This document shows, one piece after another, positions 49,166-59,183 of a stretch of DNA of 64,000 bases. Under the pieces are notes generated by a model. It saw nothing but the letters and a program-made list of their open reading frames with translations, was not told where the DNA came from and did not search any database. The stretch is from positions 160,001-224,000 of the forward strand of contig JAUVNS010000004.1 of the NCBI GenBank assembly GCA_030599585.1, in the 5' to 3' direction. Position 1 is the stretch's first letter, and every line of letters begins with the position of its first letter. Made by a program: the position numbers and the translations under genes. The DNA comes from Promethearchaeota archaeon (GTDB taxonomy: Archaea; Asgardarchaeota; Lokiarchaeia; Sigyniarchaeales; SOKP01).

Positions 49166-52100
49166 TTGGTAAGTAAAGTGCCTAGTCCAAAAAAACCTAA
49201 GAAAAAAACTCCCCTTGATGATAAGCAAAAATCTCTTTTTTCGTTTGTAGAAAAATCAGAAACTGAGAAAGAAGAAGAAAGCAGTCGGATATTAAAAGAA
49301 GAAATTGTGGAACCAAAAGAAAAATTAAAATCCCAAGCACTTCCTAAAACAAGTGAAGTAAAAGAAGAAATAAAAACTGAAGAAGAGCCGATATTAAAAA
49401 GAGTTCCAAAAAAACTTTATTTCAAAAGTTCAGGCATTCCCTTCGGCCTAAAAGAGGATGGTATACAGTTGCAATTTATTAAAAGAGAATCTGTGAGTTC
49501 GAAATATATCCGTTATTTAATTGAAAAGAGAGAAATCGTAGAAGATTTGAAGAGAGGATTGCTTTTGGATGTAGATTATGATGGTGGAACAAATAAAGCT
49601 TATTGTAAATTTTACGATTTGGACACCGACGAGGTAAAAATATGGATTGATACGACCGACCACGAGCCTTATTGTTTGAGTAAAGAACCAATCTCAATAC
49701 TTGAACAGCTAAATTATACAAATAAAGCGGGGCAAAGAAAAAAACTTGTAGATTACGAGGGTTTTAAAAAGTTTGAAGAAATAAAGCGATTTGAATTACT
49801 CACTGATAAAGAAATACCAATGACGAAGATATTTGGAAAAACTCCCATAGATGTAGGAGGATCGGGGCTCAATATTAAAAATATCTTAGCTGAAAACGAG
49901 AAAAAAGCCTGGGAAGCAGATATAAGGTATCATTTGAATTATATTTTAGATCGACAGTTAATCCCGGGACTTATTTATCGTATTGATAGCGGTAAACTTG
50001 AAAAAATCGATTTTAAAGAAAGTTCTGAAGAAACTAAAAAATTAACAAGTGAACTAAGAACTCTGTTTAAAGATGAAAAACCAGAGATGCAAGAGTTTTC
50101 AGAGAAATTCATAGATATTTTCCTTACTCCAATTCCTGATGTGAAACGTTTAGCGCTGGACATTGAAGTAAAAGTAGGAGAACACGATTATAGGATCCCT
50201 GATGCTCGTCTTGCAAACAAAGAAATAATAAGCATATCATTTGTAGCCTCCGACGGATTAAAATTGGTCTATATCTTGGAGCGCGAAGGTTTCACTTTTA
50301 ATAAACTCCATCCAGACTTCCCAAATGATGCAAAACTTTACTTCTTTAAGTCTGAAAAAGAATTATTAACTGAATCTTTTAGAATTATGTGGGATTATCC
50401 TGTGATCATTACTTTTAATGGAGACAATTTTGATTTAAATTATATGTTTCACAGAGCAGAAAAATTGAAAATAGACAAAGATTTGAATCCAATACATGTA
50501 AAAAGGGGTTTTGGAATAATGGCGAAAGCAGAATGCGATTTAAGGAAAGGAATTCATATAGATGTTTTTAATTTCTTCTTTAATCGAAGTATTTCAGGAT
50601 ACGCCTTTGGTGGATCCTATCAAAGTGCTTCCTTAAACGCTATAAGCGAAGCTTTATTAGGTGAAAAAAAATACGAGCACGAAGAAGATATTCACGATAT
50701 GGAAATTGATATACTCTCTTGGTATAATCTGAAAGATTCAATATTAACTTTAGAGTTAACTAGATTCAATAATTCATTAGTGTGGAATTTGATCATTCTG
50801 CTATGTAGGATAACAAAATTGCCAATTCACGATATGATACGCAGACAAATCTCGACATGGATACAAAATATCTTCTATTTCGAGCATCGGAGAAAGAGTT
50901 TTCTCATTCCTAGAAAATCTGAGATTTCAGAAGCAAAGAAAGGGGGGGAATTAATGTCAAAATTTTTTGATGGTAAATTTCAAGGTGCTTACGTTATCCA
51001 ACCTGTTCCTGGAATTCATTACGATGTGGTTGTTATGGATTTTGCTTCTCTGTATCCTTCTATCATAAAGGAATTTAATTTATCATACGAAACCGTTCTC
51101 TGTTCCCACAAAGATGACGAGGATAACCTTATAAAAGGAACTCCTTATCATATCTGTACTCATAAAATGGGAATCTTTGCTTATGTCGTTGGTTTTTTCC
51201 GGGATACGAGAGTAAAATACTTTAAACCGAAATCAAGCAACAAAAATTTAACTCAAAAACAGAGAAGTTATAATCATACTATCCAACAAGCTCTTAAGGT
51301 GTTCATCAACGCAAGTTACGGTGTTTTTGGATCTCAAAATTTCCCCTTGTTTTGTTTACCTGTAGCAGAAAGCACAACAGGAATTGGCCAATACTCTATA
51401 AAACAAACGATAAAAAAAGCAGAAGAACTTGGAGTTAAAGTGTTGTATGGTGATACGGACAGTGTTTTTCTTCTTAACCCGTCTAGTTTACAGATGAAAG
51501 AAATATCCGATTGGAGCAAAAAAGAACTAGATTTAGATTTAGAAGCAGAAAAGACGTACCAATTCTTAGCTCTATCAAAGAGAAAGAAAAATTACGTAGG
51601 GATATATAAAGATACTAAGTATGTTGATATTAAAGGGTTAGTTGTTAAAAAGAAAAACACACCAGATTTTATAAAAAAGGCTTTTAGTCAATTAATAGAA
51701 ATCCTTAAAGAAATCACTAACGATGAGGAATTTAAACTAGCGAGGAAGAAAATTATTGAAATTGTTAAAAGTAACTTAAATAAAATAGGGCAACCCGATA
51801 CTTTCACACTAGAAGATTACGCCATAAATATCGGTCTGCAAAAAAAACTCAAAAACTATACAAAAGTCATTCCTCAGCACGTTAGAGCCGCTAATGCATT
51901 CATAAGAACAGAGATCAGCAAAGCACAAGCCAATAACGCTAGTGATGCTGAAATTTTAGCAATTAAGAAGACTTATCAAAAAGGAGATGCTGTTAGATTC
52001 ATCAAAAGTAAAGGACCTCTTGGGGCTAAAGTTATTGAAATGGCAAAACTCCAAGATATTGATACTAAGAAATATAAGGAACTCTTAACATCCGCGTTAG

Positions 52101-52174
52101 AACAAGTTTTAGACGCTCTGGATATTTCATTCGAAGAAATAAAAGGCATTAAAAAAATGGATGCCTTTTTCTAG
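49166..52174 (+). CDS. polB1: Family B DNA polymerase, PolB1 group (replicative type)
   Basis: LLDVDYDG, exo LDIEV and FNGDNFD, DFASLYPS, KVFINASYGVFG, YGDTDS, KKNY. Confidence 0.9.
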   Translation: MVSKVPSPKKPKKKTPLDDKQKSLFSFVEKSETEKEEESSRILKEEIVEPKEKLKSQALPKTSEVKEEIKTEEEPILKRVPKKLYFKSSGIPFGLKEDGIQLQFIKRESVSSKYIRYLIEKREIVEDLKRGLLLDVDYDGGTNKAYCKFYDLDTDEVKIWIDTTDHEPYCLSKEPISILEQLNYTNKAGQRKKLVDYEGFKKFEEIKRFELLTDKEIPMTKIFGKTPIDVGGSGLNIKNILAENEKKAWEADIRYHLNYILDRQLIPGLIYRIDSGKLEKIDFKESSEETKKLTSELRTLFKDEKPEMQEFSEKFIDIFLTPIPDVKRLALDIEVKVGEHDYRIPDARLANKEIISISFVASDGLKLVYILEREGFTFNKLHPDFPNDAKLYFFKSEKELLTESFRIMWDYPVIITFNGDNFDLNYMFHRAEKLKIDKDLNPIHVKRGFGIMAKAECDLRKGIHIDVFNFFFNRSISGYAFGGSYQSASLNAISEALLGEKKYEHEEDIHDMEIDILSWYNLKDSILTLELTRFNNSLVWNLIILLCRITKLPIHDMIRRQISTWIQNIFYFEHRRKSFLIPRKSEISEAKKGGELMSKFFDGKFQGAYVIQPVPGIHYDVVVMDFASLYPSIIKEFNLSYETVLCSHKDDEDNLIKGTPYHICTHKMGIFAYVVGFFRDTRVKYFKPKSSNKNLTQKQRSYNHTIQQALKVFINASYGVFGSQNFPLFCLPVAESTTGIGQYSIKQTIKKAEELGVKVLYGDTDSVFLLNPSSLQMKEISDWSKKELDLDLEAEKTYQFLALSKRKKNYVGIYKDTKYVDIKGLVVKKKNTPDFIKKAFSQLIEILKEITNDEEFKLARKKIIEIVKSNLNKIGQPDTFTLEDYAINIGLQKKLKNYTKVIPQHVRAANAFIRTEISKAQANNASDAEILAIKKTYQKGDAVRFIKSKGPLGAKVIEMAKLQDIDTKKYKELLTSALEQVLDALDISFEEIKGIKKMDAFF

Positions 52175-52198
52175 ATTTCGTTAAATTCGAGTTAATTT

Positions 52199-53476
52199 TT
52201 ACTTAATTTCCTTTAAATCCACTCCTTTAGTCTCTTTTACAAAAAAGAATCCTAGAGGAATTATCATTAGATTTGCAAATACAAAAATGATAAAAGTTAA
52301 CCCTAAGCCAATCTCTAGAATGATGAAACTACTCGTTAGTAGCCCAATCGTAGTGCCTAAAGCTCCACTTAACCCTCTAATTCCAATCCCGGTACCTCTT
52401 CTATCTGTAGGCATCAGTTCTATCGCAACAATTCTAATAATCCCCCATAATCCCCAAAAAGAGATATGACTTATTGCGTAGCCAATAAAAACTATTAGAA
52501 ACGCATTTTGAGAACTATTAGCCCCCACCACCCACACTACAACGGAAAATGGCAATATTAATGACCATAAACATAGTAATGGTTTCCGTCCAATTCGATC
52601 CGCCAGAAACCCATTAGTCAAATATGCTATCATTACTGTGAAAATTGTTAAGCCAAACATTATGGTTACTTGTGTTGGAGGTATAGTCCCTTCATCCTTA
52701 ATGAATTTCTCAAATAATCCTATAAACAAATTCGAAAATCCAAACAAAAACGATATTACTAATATAATTAGAAATGATTTCTTATTTTCTATTTTAAAAA
52801 CTGACTTTATATCTACAATAAAAGATCTGGAATCTTTCTTCCTAGTTTCTTTCATTGATTGAAATTCGGTAGTCTCTTTGAGAGTAAAATAAATAACAAA
52901 GCTTAAAGGAATTCCAATTATCATTGGGAACAATGTCATTCCCCTCCAATAATTTGAATCTACATCTGGTATAAAGACGAAGCGAGAAATTACCATTATT
53001 ACAGCTCCAAATAATCCCGCCATTAATATAATATTTGTGTTTAACGCTCGTTTATCTTGTTTTGACTCTTCATTCGCATAAATTAACCAAATATCACTCA
53101 TAAAGAAAAAATTCAGGAAAAACGAAAAAGATACATACATTACATAACTCACAGATAAAAACATACCCAATGAGGAAATGCTCATTCCAAGAACAGTGAT
53201 AGCCAACATTCGTTTTCGGCCAATAATATCAACTAAATATTGGTTAAAAAAGAGAAAATACATCCCAATTGATGTAATACTTCCTGCTAAAGCTAAAATA
53301 GAACTTGTTACATTATCTGGCTCTCCAGGAAAAAATTCAGCCATTATATAAGAAGGGATTGAACCGGGATAAAGAGTGCTATATGTATCAAGAATTTGAA
53401 CTAACATTAATACTCCTATTAGATACTTGAAATAAGACTTCGATCTCTTAGCTTGATTATTAGCCGTTTCTGTCAT
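52199..53476 (-). CDS. MFS transporter
   Basis: About 12 TM; DIIGRK and ADRIGRK loops, ELMPTDRRG, KETKG. Confidence 0.88.
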   Translation of the reverse strand: MTETANNQAKRSKSYFKYLIGVLMLVQILDTYSTLYPGSIPSYIMAEFFPGEPDNVTSSILALAGSITSIGMYFLFFNQYLVDIIGRKRMLAITVLGMSISSLGMFLSVSYVMYVSFSFFLNFFFMSDIWLIYANEESKQDKRALNTNIILMAGLFGAVIMVISRFVFIPDVDSNYWRGMTLFPMIIGIPLSFVIYFTLKETTEFQSMKETRKKDSRSFIVDIKSVFKIENKKSFLIILVISFLFGFSNLFIGLFEKFIKDEGTIPPTQVTIMFGLTIFTVMIAYLTNGFLADRIGRKPLLCLWSLILPFSVVVWVVGANSSQNAFLIVFIGYAISHISFWGLWGIIRIVAIELMPTDRRGTGIGIRGLSGALGTTIGLLTSSFIILEIGLGLTFIIFVFANLMIIPLGFFFVKETKGVDLKEIK

Positions 53477-53592
53477 TTTTTTTTCAGCTTGATGAATTAA
53501 ATTTATTTTAATTTATTTATTAGAAATAAGGAATAGATGTTAAACTTCAACATTAATAAAGATATAGGTTCAATAACTGTGATAGCACACCT

Positions 53593-54675
53593 TTACAAAA
53601 TAACGTAAAAGAATGTCATAACTAAACCACAGAAGATTGGATTCAAAATATTATCGTCAATTTTTAAACTTAACAAATCGATTGTTAAAAAAACTAGAGC
53701 TCCACTCAAAGACATAACAATCATTTTTAAAGGTAAAATATGTGGTTCAAATAACCAGAGGGCAAATATACTTACTCCGAAAGAAACAAAAAACCCTGAA
53801 ATATAACCTATTATTGTTTTACTACTTTTTTTCGGAAAATGGTGTCGTCCAAAACTAACTCCCATAATAGAAGCAACACCATCGCCAATACTTGTTATTA
53901 ACGCTACAGCGGTAAAAATTCCAAAAGGAAGGAAAAGTATTGGGATCAGTGAAAGGATTAATACTACATTCTTAGTGAATTCGTAGTTCTCATTCTTTTT
54001 AAGAGTTTTTATTAACATATTTGATAGACTATCGGGTAGAAGATGATATATATTTGAATTCTCGAAAATGAAAGATAAACGAACGAAATCTAAACCTGCA
54101 AATAAGATCACTGCAGTATATCCAATCATCAAGATTAAGAATATTCCATATTCATATCCCGTTAGGCCATATACTTCATCTGCATTCCACAATCCATCCC
54201 ATATATCTATAGCGAAAATCCGTAAGATAATTATGACTAAACCTGGAAGTAAATGAAAAACTTTCCTGCGAACATCGGTCCTTAACGAGTAATACTTGCT
54301 ATTTATTCGATTTACATTCATAATATCGTATTTTTCAAGGAAATTATCAATAGTTCGGTTTTCTTTGAGCTCTGGCTTATCCTTTAAAACAACTTTATAT
54401 TGGTATAATAAAATTAAGAACACCAATAATGGTGCGAAAAGGCATATAATAGACATCGAAAAGGCTTGGTGAAATCGGACGAATTCATTATCTCGTGGGT
54501 AGAATAAGGGAAATAAAATTCCAGAAACGATCCATAGTACAACAATAATGAACGAATTAATGAAACTATGGTCCTTTTTGAACTTCTTTTTCAATTTAAT
54601 CGCAAAAAATAACTGACAAAATCCTAACACAATAAAAAATATTGTAATAGGTAAAGTGATTAAATTGAAAACCAT
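53593..54675 (-). CDS. Dolichol/phytol-kinase-like (CTP-dependent isoprenoid alcohol kinase) membrane protein
   Basis: RRKVFH, IGDGVASIMG..FGRH, KSSKTIIG, DDNILNP. Confidence 0.78.
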   Translation of the reverse strand: MVFNLITLPITIFFIVLGFCQLFFAIKLKKKFKKDHSFINSFIIVVLWIVSGILFPLFYPRDNEFVRFHQAFSMSIICLFAPLLVFLILLYQYKVVLKDKPELKENRTIDNFLEKYDIMNVNRINSKYYSLRTDVRRKVFHLLPGLVIIILRIFAIDIWDGLWNADEVYGLTGYEYGIFLILMIGYTAVILFAGLDFVRLSFIFENSNIYHLLPDSLSNMLIKTLKKNENYEFTKNVVLILSLIPILFLPFGIFTAVALITSIGDGVASIMGVSFGRHHFPKKSSKTIIGYISGFFVSFGVSIFALWLFEPHILPLKMIVMSLSGALVFLTIDLLSLKIDDNILNPIFCGLVMTFFYVIL

Positions 54676-54778
54676 ATTCTAATTAAATTTCAATATAAAA
54701 AATAAGTTGTGAAATTGTAGAAAAACTATATTTTTATATCGCTTATTACTTAAATTAGAATAAAAAGAAGGAAATAGT

Positions 54779-55216
54779 ATGAAATGGGTAACACGAAGCA
54801 AACCACATGTTGATCGTTGTTCCTCTCTATGGCTTATAAAAAAATATGTTGATCCTAAAGCAGAATTTGCCTTTGTTACACGAGATTATCTATGGAAAGA
54901 AAATGAAATTCCCTTGGTTCTTCCTGGAGCTGAACTAAATCCACAAATGGGAAAAACAACCTTTGAATTAATCGTTCAGAAGTATGAAATTAAGGATAAA
55001 ATCGTACATCAAATTGCATCGATAATTCATGATATCGAACAAGCAGAGGAATCTGAGATTTATAATCTTCCTGAATCAATGGGGATCTTCATTGTTTTAC
55101 GAGGAATAGAGCCATCTTCTCCAAATGATCAAGAAACTGTAGATATTGCATTTACAGTAATAGATGCGATATACACATTTTTACAGAAAAAAAGTCAAGG
55201 CGAAAAATTGACTTGA
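54779..55216 (+). CDS. ChrB C-terminal domain (chromate resistance) protein
   Basis: KWVTRSKPHVDR...WLIKKYVDPKAEF.FV, TTFE, IIHDI. Confidence 0.82.
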   Translation: MKWVTRSKPHVDRCSSLWLIKKYVDPKAEFAFVTRDYLWKENEIPLVLPGAELNPQMGKTTFELIVQKYEIKDKIVHQIASIIHDIEQAEESEIYNLPESMGIFIVLRGIEPSSPNDQETVDIAFTVIDAIYTFLQKKSQGEKLT

Positions 55217-55280
55217 AGCATTTTGATTTATCTTGAGTGAAGATTCGTTGTTAATCTCATTCACATTCATTAAACCGTAT

Positions 55281-55556
55281 TTATTCCAATGGTATCTCAG
55301 CAAACATTAATGCCATATTTTTAGGAAACAATCCCACTCTATCACCATTTCTAATGTCTTTCCCAATTCCGCAATATTTGCCGTTTACAAATATGTGGCT
55401 AAGTTCATCTTCACTGATTGCAAATTTTTCAATGATATCATAGACAAAATGAACATTACTCTTTTCAATATTTAATGTAACAGGGAGTCCCTTTTCTAAA
55501 TCAACATCTTTCACATTTTTTCTTAATTTTCCATACAGCTTTACTAATATAGGCAT
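55281..55556 (-). CDS. MoaD/ThiS-like beta-grasp protein lacking terminal Gly-Gly
   Basis: VKLYGKLR, IFVNG, GDRVGLFP; ends KNMALMFAEIPLE. Confidence 0.78.
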   Translation of the reverse strand: MPILVKLYGKLRKNVKDVDLEKGLPVTLNIEKSNVHFVYDIIEKFAISEDELSHIFVNGKYCGIGKDIRNGDRVGLFPKNMALMFAEIPLE

Positions 55557-55666
55557 CGCTAAAACACACCCGTTACATCAACAAGTTAAATAAGATAAAA
55601 ATATTTGTTTTATAAAAAATTAAAAGAAAATAATAAATAAGATTAAAAAAATCATTAAAAAAAGAT

Positions 55667-55954
55667 TTAAAGGCCAAATAATAAGAATTCATCTAAGAAA
55701 TCGTGGACTTTTTTCATAGTTTCTTGGCCCAGAGATTTTTCTACTTGGATCTTTAAATCCAAAACTGTGCTCAGAGTCGAAACTACCGTATTTTGAATTG
55801 TACTATTAAATATGGATTTTTTTTCGTTTTGCTTTTTGAAGTACTCCACTCGATCCAACATCGCATTTTGATATTCGTCAGCCGTAGAGGTTTTAAGTTC
55901 TACAAGCTTCCGCAACTTCAATCCGTCTTTGGTTTCTATTACTTCATCGACCAT
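55667..55954 (-). CDS. Hypothetical protein, abutting the tes-like gene
   Basis: ATG directly follows the upstream stop; AGGTGA SD inside upstream gene. Confidence 0.7.
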   Translation of the reverse strand: MVDEVIETKDGLKLRKLVELKTSTADEYQNAMLDRVEYFKKQNEKKSIFNSTIQNTVVSTLSTVLDLKIQVEKSLGQETMKKVHDFLDEFLLFGL

Positions 55955-57697
55955 TTATTTTTCACCTATCTCCGTCTTTCTCATTCCTCCATTCTGTGCG
56001 ACTTGCTGTTGAATCTCTTCTCTCGTTTGACCTCTAGTAGTGTCAAATTCCTCTTTGACTTTAGCCGTTAGTTTTTTAGCTACTTGCTTCTCTATGCTTT
56101 CCCTGTGTAAAGTATTCATAGTACAAAATGAAATTTCACGGACGCTCCCGTCCGGCATTGCTACACCGAAATGCACAATACATCTCTTGACACGCTCTAT
56201 ATCCATGTTATATGCGTCTTGGAAGTGCATGCTAGAGAGAAGGAGTGTTCCGTGAGTAAAAGAGCTAATACTTTCCCAATCACCATTCATTAATAGCCTA
56301 CTGAACATATCCATGAGCTTTCCTGGTTTCTTGGTGTATTGAAGCATCCCTAATAGAAATCTGGCTCTGAGTTGCGTTTTATCTAATAAGTTGAGACCAC
56401 TATCTAAAGTTTTACCAATATCTCCTAACAATCCTTCGAAGAATTCAAGCGGTTGATTTTCTTTATGCTTTATTTTTTCCCAGAATCGGTTAGCAAAATC
56501 GATGATTTTCAGAGGATCGAAATAATCCATTATAGGAACCATTTCTTGCGTGTCGGGATCGACGACCAAATAAGTAGCGAAGCCGCAGTCCGGACTGCAG
56601 GTAAATTCGATTGGATCTACATCAGCAAGGTATGCTATAATTCTCCCGAATTCGACTATTGTCGTTAGTGGGTACCACGCTTCATCCATTCTTATTTTGC
56701 CGCCAGTTTGGTTTTCGATTTCCTTTATCACATCAGCGTTAGTAATTCTTAACTCGTCCATCTCTTCAGCTGTTATACGACCACATAAGGACACAGGTTG
56801 GAAGGTTATCCCTCTTACAACATCAATATTGTCAAGAGCAAACTGGATTATATTCCCAACTTCAATATCTGTAATCCCTTTTACAATCGTAGCAACTAAA
56901 TTAATGGATGATAATCCTGCTTTTCTACAGTTTTCTATGGCGCGCATCTTATATGGCATTAATTTCTTAATACCCCGTGTCTTCTCGTAAGTTTCGTTGT
57001 TTATCCCATCAAATTGTAAATATAGCGTATCTAAGCCCATTTCAAAAACTTTCTTCGTCCACTCAAGTCCACCATTCTTTTTCTGGAATCCATACCCATT
57101 TGTGGCAACTATTACTTCTTTAAATCCATGATCTTTTGCCATTTTACAAATTTCAGGAAAATCTTTTCTGACTGTTGGTTCGCCACCTGTGAACATAATC
57201 GCAACCGCAGGTATTGGTTTGCTTCTGAAGTGCGTCATTATTCTATCAATTTCCTCTAAGGTTGGTTCAATTAGATATCCGCTTTTTTCAATGTTAGCGT
57301 AGCAGAAATTACAATTAAAATTACAGCGATTTGTCAAGTCTATTAATGCCAAAGCACAAGTTGATATGTGTTCGTTGCAAAGACCACAATTGTAGGGGCA
57401 CCCTCTGTCGTCATCTAAAGCACAATCAGCCGGATTACTTTCGCCGTCTTTCTCAAATTGCCAGGCAATTGTTCCGTCTTTGTTTTTCATCTGGAAATGA
57501 GTCCATTTGTAATATTTTGCGCTAGAACTAATGATATCCTTAAAGTCACCGTGTTCTGGGCAGTTTTTAACCATGAAAATCTTTTCATCTTCTTCTTGAA
57601 CTACAGCATCTATCTTTTTCAAACACTCAGGACAGACCGATGAGGTCTTTCTATAGTATTTTTCGTTTAAAACATCTGTTCCGTCTAAATGATACAT
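55955..57697 (-). CDS. tes: Radical SAM tetraether lipid synthase (Tes/GDGT-MAS, MJ0619 family)
   Basis: N-terminal CPEC...CPEHG, CPYNCGLC..H, CNFNCNFC, CSPDCG, MHFQDAYNMDIERVKRC, FCTMN. Confidence 0.82.
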   Translation of the reverse strand: MYHLDGTDVLNEKYYRKTSSVCPECLKKIDAVVQEEDEKIFMVKNCPEHGDFKDIISSSAKYYKWTHFQMKNKDGTIAWQFEKDGESNPADCALDDDRGCPYNCGLCNEHISTCALALIDLTNRCNFNCNFCYANIEKSGYLIEPTLEEIDRIMTHFRSKPIPAVAIMFTGGEPTVRKDFPEICKMAKDHGFKEVIVATNGYGFQKKNGGLEWTKKVFEMGLDTLYLQFDGINNETYEKTRGIKKLMPYKMRAIENCRKAGLSSINLVATIVKGITDIEVGNIIQFALDNIDVVRGITFQPVSLCGRITAEEMDELRITNADVIKEIENQTGGKIRMDEAWYPLTTIVEFGRIIAYLADVDPIEFTCSPDCGFATYLVVDPDTQEMVPIMDYFDPLKIIDFANRFWEKIKHKENQPLEFFEGLLGDIGKTLDSGLNLLDKTQLRARFLLGMLQYTKKPGKLMDMFSRLLMNGDWESISSFTHGTLLLSSMHFQDAYNMDIERVKRCIVHFGVAMPDGSVREISFCTMNTLHRESIEKQVAKKLTAKVKEEFDTTRGQTREEIQQQVAQNGGMRKTEIGEK

Positions 57698-58055
57698 AAT
57701 ATTTCATTTTTTTTTATAACTATACGAATTAATAGGGTTTTAATATAAAAATAAAATCCAATGTTTAATATTATGTCAATTCTCACTAATCATAATATTA
57801 AATGTGGTAAAGTGTTTTAAAAATGCTGAAATCTAAAACTTAATAGGAATTGAAACGAATTTAACAAAATATATGTTTTACTGTTGAAACTCTATTATTA
57901 CCCAGACTCTACTGATTGTTTTCTTTGTCGTTGGCAAGTAATTAAACTATGAAAATTATGTGATTCGGGTTCGATCTTGATTGGAAAAATCGCTTTTAAT
58001 AGGTTTGATTTGATTATGAATTGTACTATTCTCTTTAGTTGTAATCTTTAGATTG

Positions 58056-59123
58056 TTAAACTTCATTATTTCTTCTTTTAGCTTCAATAATTGCTACTCC
58101 CATCTCCAGCACTCTATCAAATGGCTCTTCACAATCTTCTCTTGGTTTCAAGCTTATTGCTTCTTCTGAACAGACACTGGCACATAAACCGCATCCAAGA
58201 CATAAATCTCGATTCACAATTGCAATATCTTCCATAGTTATAGCATTAATTGGACACCTTTCAACGCAAATTTCACAAGCAACACATAATTCTTCATCTA
58301 TGACTGATTCAAACACTGCATTCATGAATTTTTGTTTATCTTGACCAAATTGAGTCATACCTTTCATGGAGACACAGCAACAAGGGCAACAGTTACAGAT
58401 ATTAGATAGATGTTTTGAATTTGCTCCAGCATGAACTAATCCCGATTCATCTGCTTCTTTTAAGATTTGAATCGCTTCTTCAGAAGTTAATTTTCTCCCC
58501 ATTTCATTTTCTATATAATATTCAGCAGCAGTTCCAAAGCTTAAACAAGTTTCCATAGGGTGATCGCATCCTTCACCTAATAACTGTGATTCTTTTCGGC
58601 AAACACAATCAGCTACAGCAATAACTCGAGCGTTCCTTATTGATTCTTCAAGCATCTGATACGGAAAAAGGGTGGTATCCATTTGAATCGTCTCTTCTAA
58701 GGGAATTACTTTAAAACCGGGAATATTGCTTGCTCCTATCTCTTCAAGACCCGCTGCATGGTAATAATCTTTAAAAAGCTGAGCTAATTCTTTATCAATT
58801 TTATTGACAGAGTATTCATACAACCCTATCATAAAAGGGGCCGCGTTATATAGGGTCTTGTTATCTCGTCGTGCTCGAAAAACAAGTCCTTTCTTTGCCA
58901 TTAAATCAAGTTTCTTTTCTATTTCAGCTGAATTCTTTCCTGCTCTTCTTGCAATACTACGGGCTCTTTCAGGTCTTATAGTTAGAAAAGTTGCCAATTC
59001 AGCTTCTTCTTCAGTAAAAAGACGCTTTAAAATTTCAATCTCAACTCCAGATTGAGTTTTCCGGAAGCCAATTGGAAATAGATCAAGGAACTCCCTTAAT
59101 TTCTCATACGAATTTACAGTCAT
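58056..59123 (-). CDS. wHTH plus 4Fe-4S dicluster protein (third paralogue)
   Basis: CVCR, ICNCCPCCC, two ferredoxin motifs. Confidence 0.85.
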   Translation of the reverse strand: MTVNSYEKLREFLDLFPIGFRKTQSGVEIEILKRLFTEEEAELATFLTIRPERARSIARRAGKNSAEIEKKLDLMAKKGLVFRARRDNKTLYNAAPFMIGLYEYSVNKIDKELAQLFKDYYHAAGLEEIGASNIPGFKVIPLEETIQMDTTLFPYQMLEESIRNARVIAVADCVCRKESQLLGEGCDHPMETCLSFGTAAEYYIENEMGRKLTSEEAIQILKEADESGLVHAGANSKHLSNICNCCPCCCVSMKGMTQFGQDKQKFMNAVFESVIDEELCVACEICVERCPINAITMEDIAIVNRDLCLGCGLCASVCSEEAISLKPREDCEEPFDRVLEMGVAIIEAKRRNNEV

Positions 59124-59183
59124 AGCACTAAAATTATTATTTTCTTCTATTATCTAATATTCATTTAAATTTAAAAATAGAAG

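Noticed and set aside
48328-49166. tRNA next to a PolB gene as integration site of a casposon/virus-like element
   Set aside because: No integrase or Cas1, no duplicated tRNA 3' end seen, and the polymerase is cellular PolB1 type.
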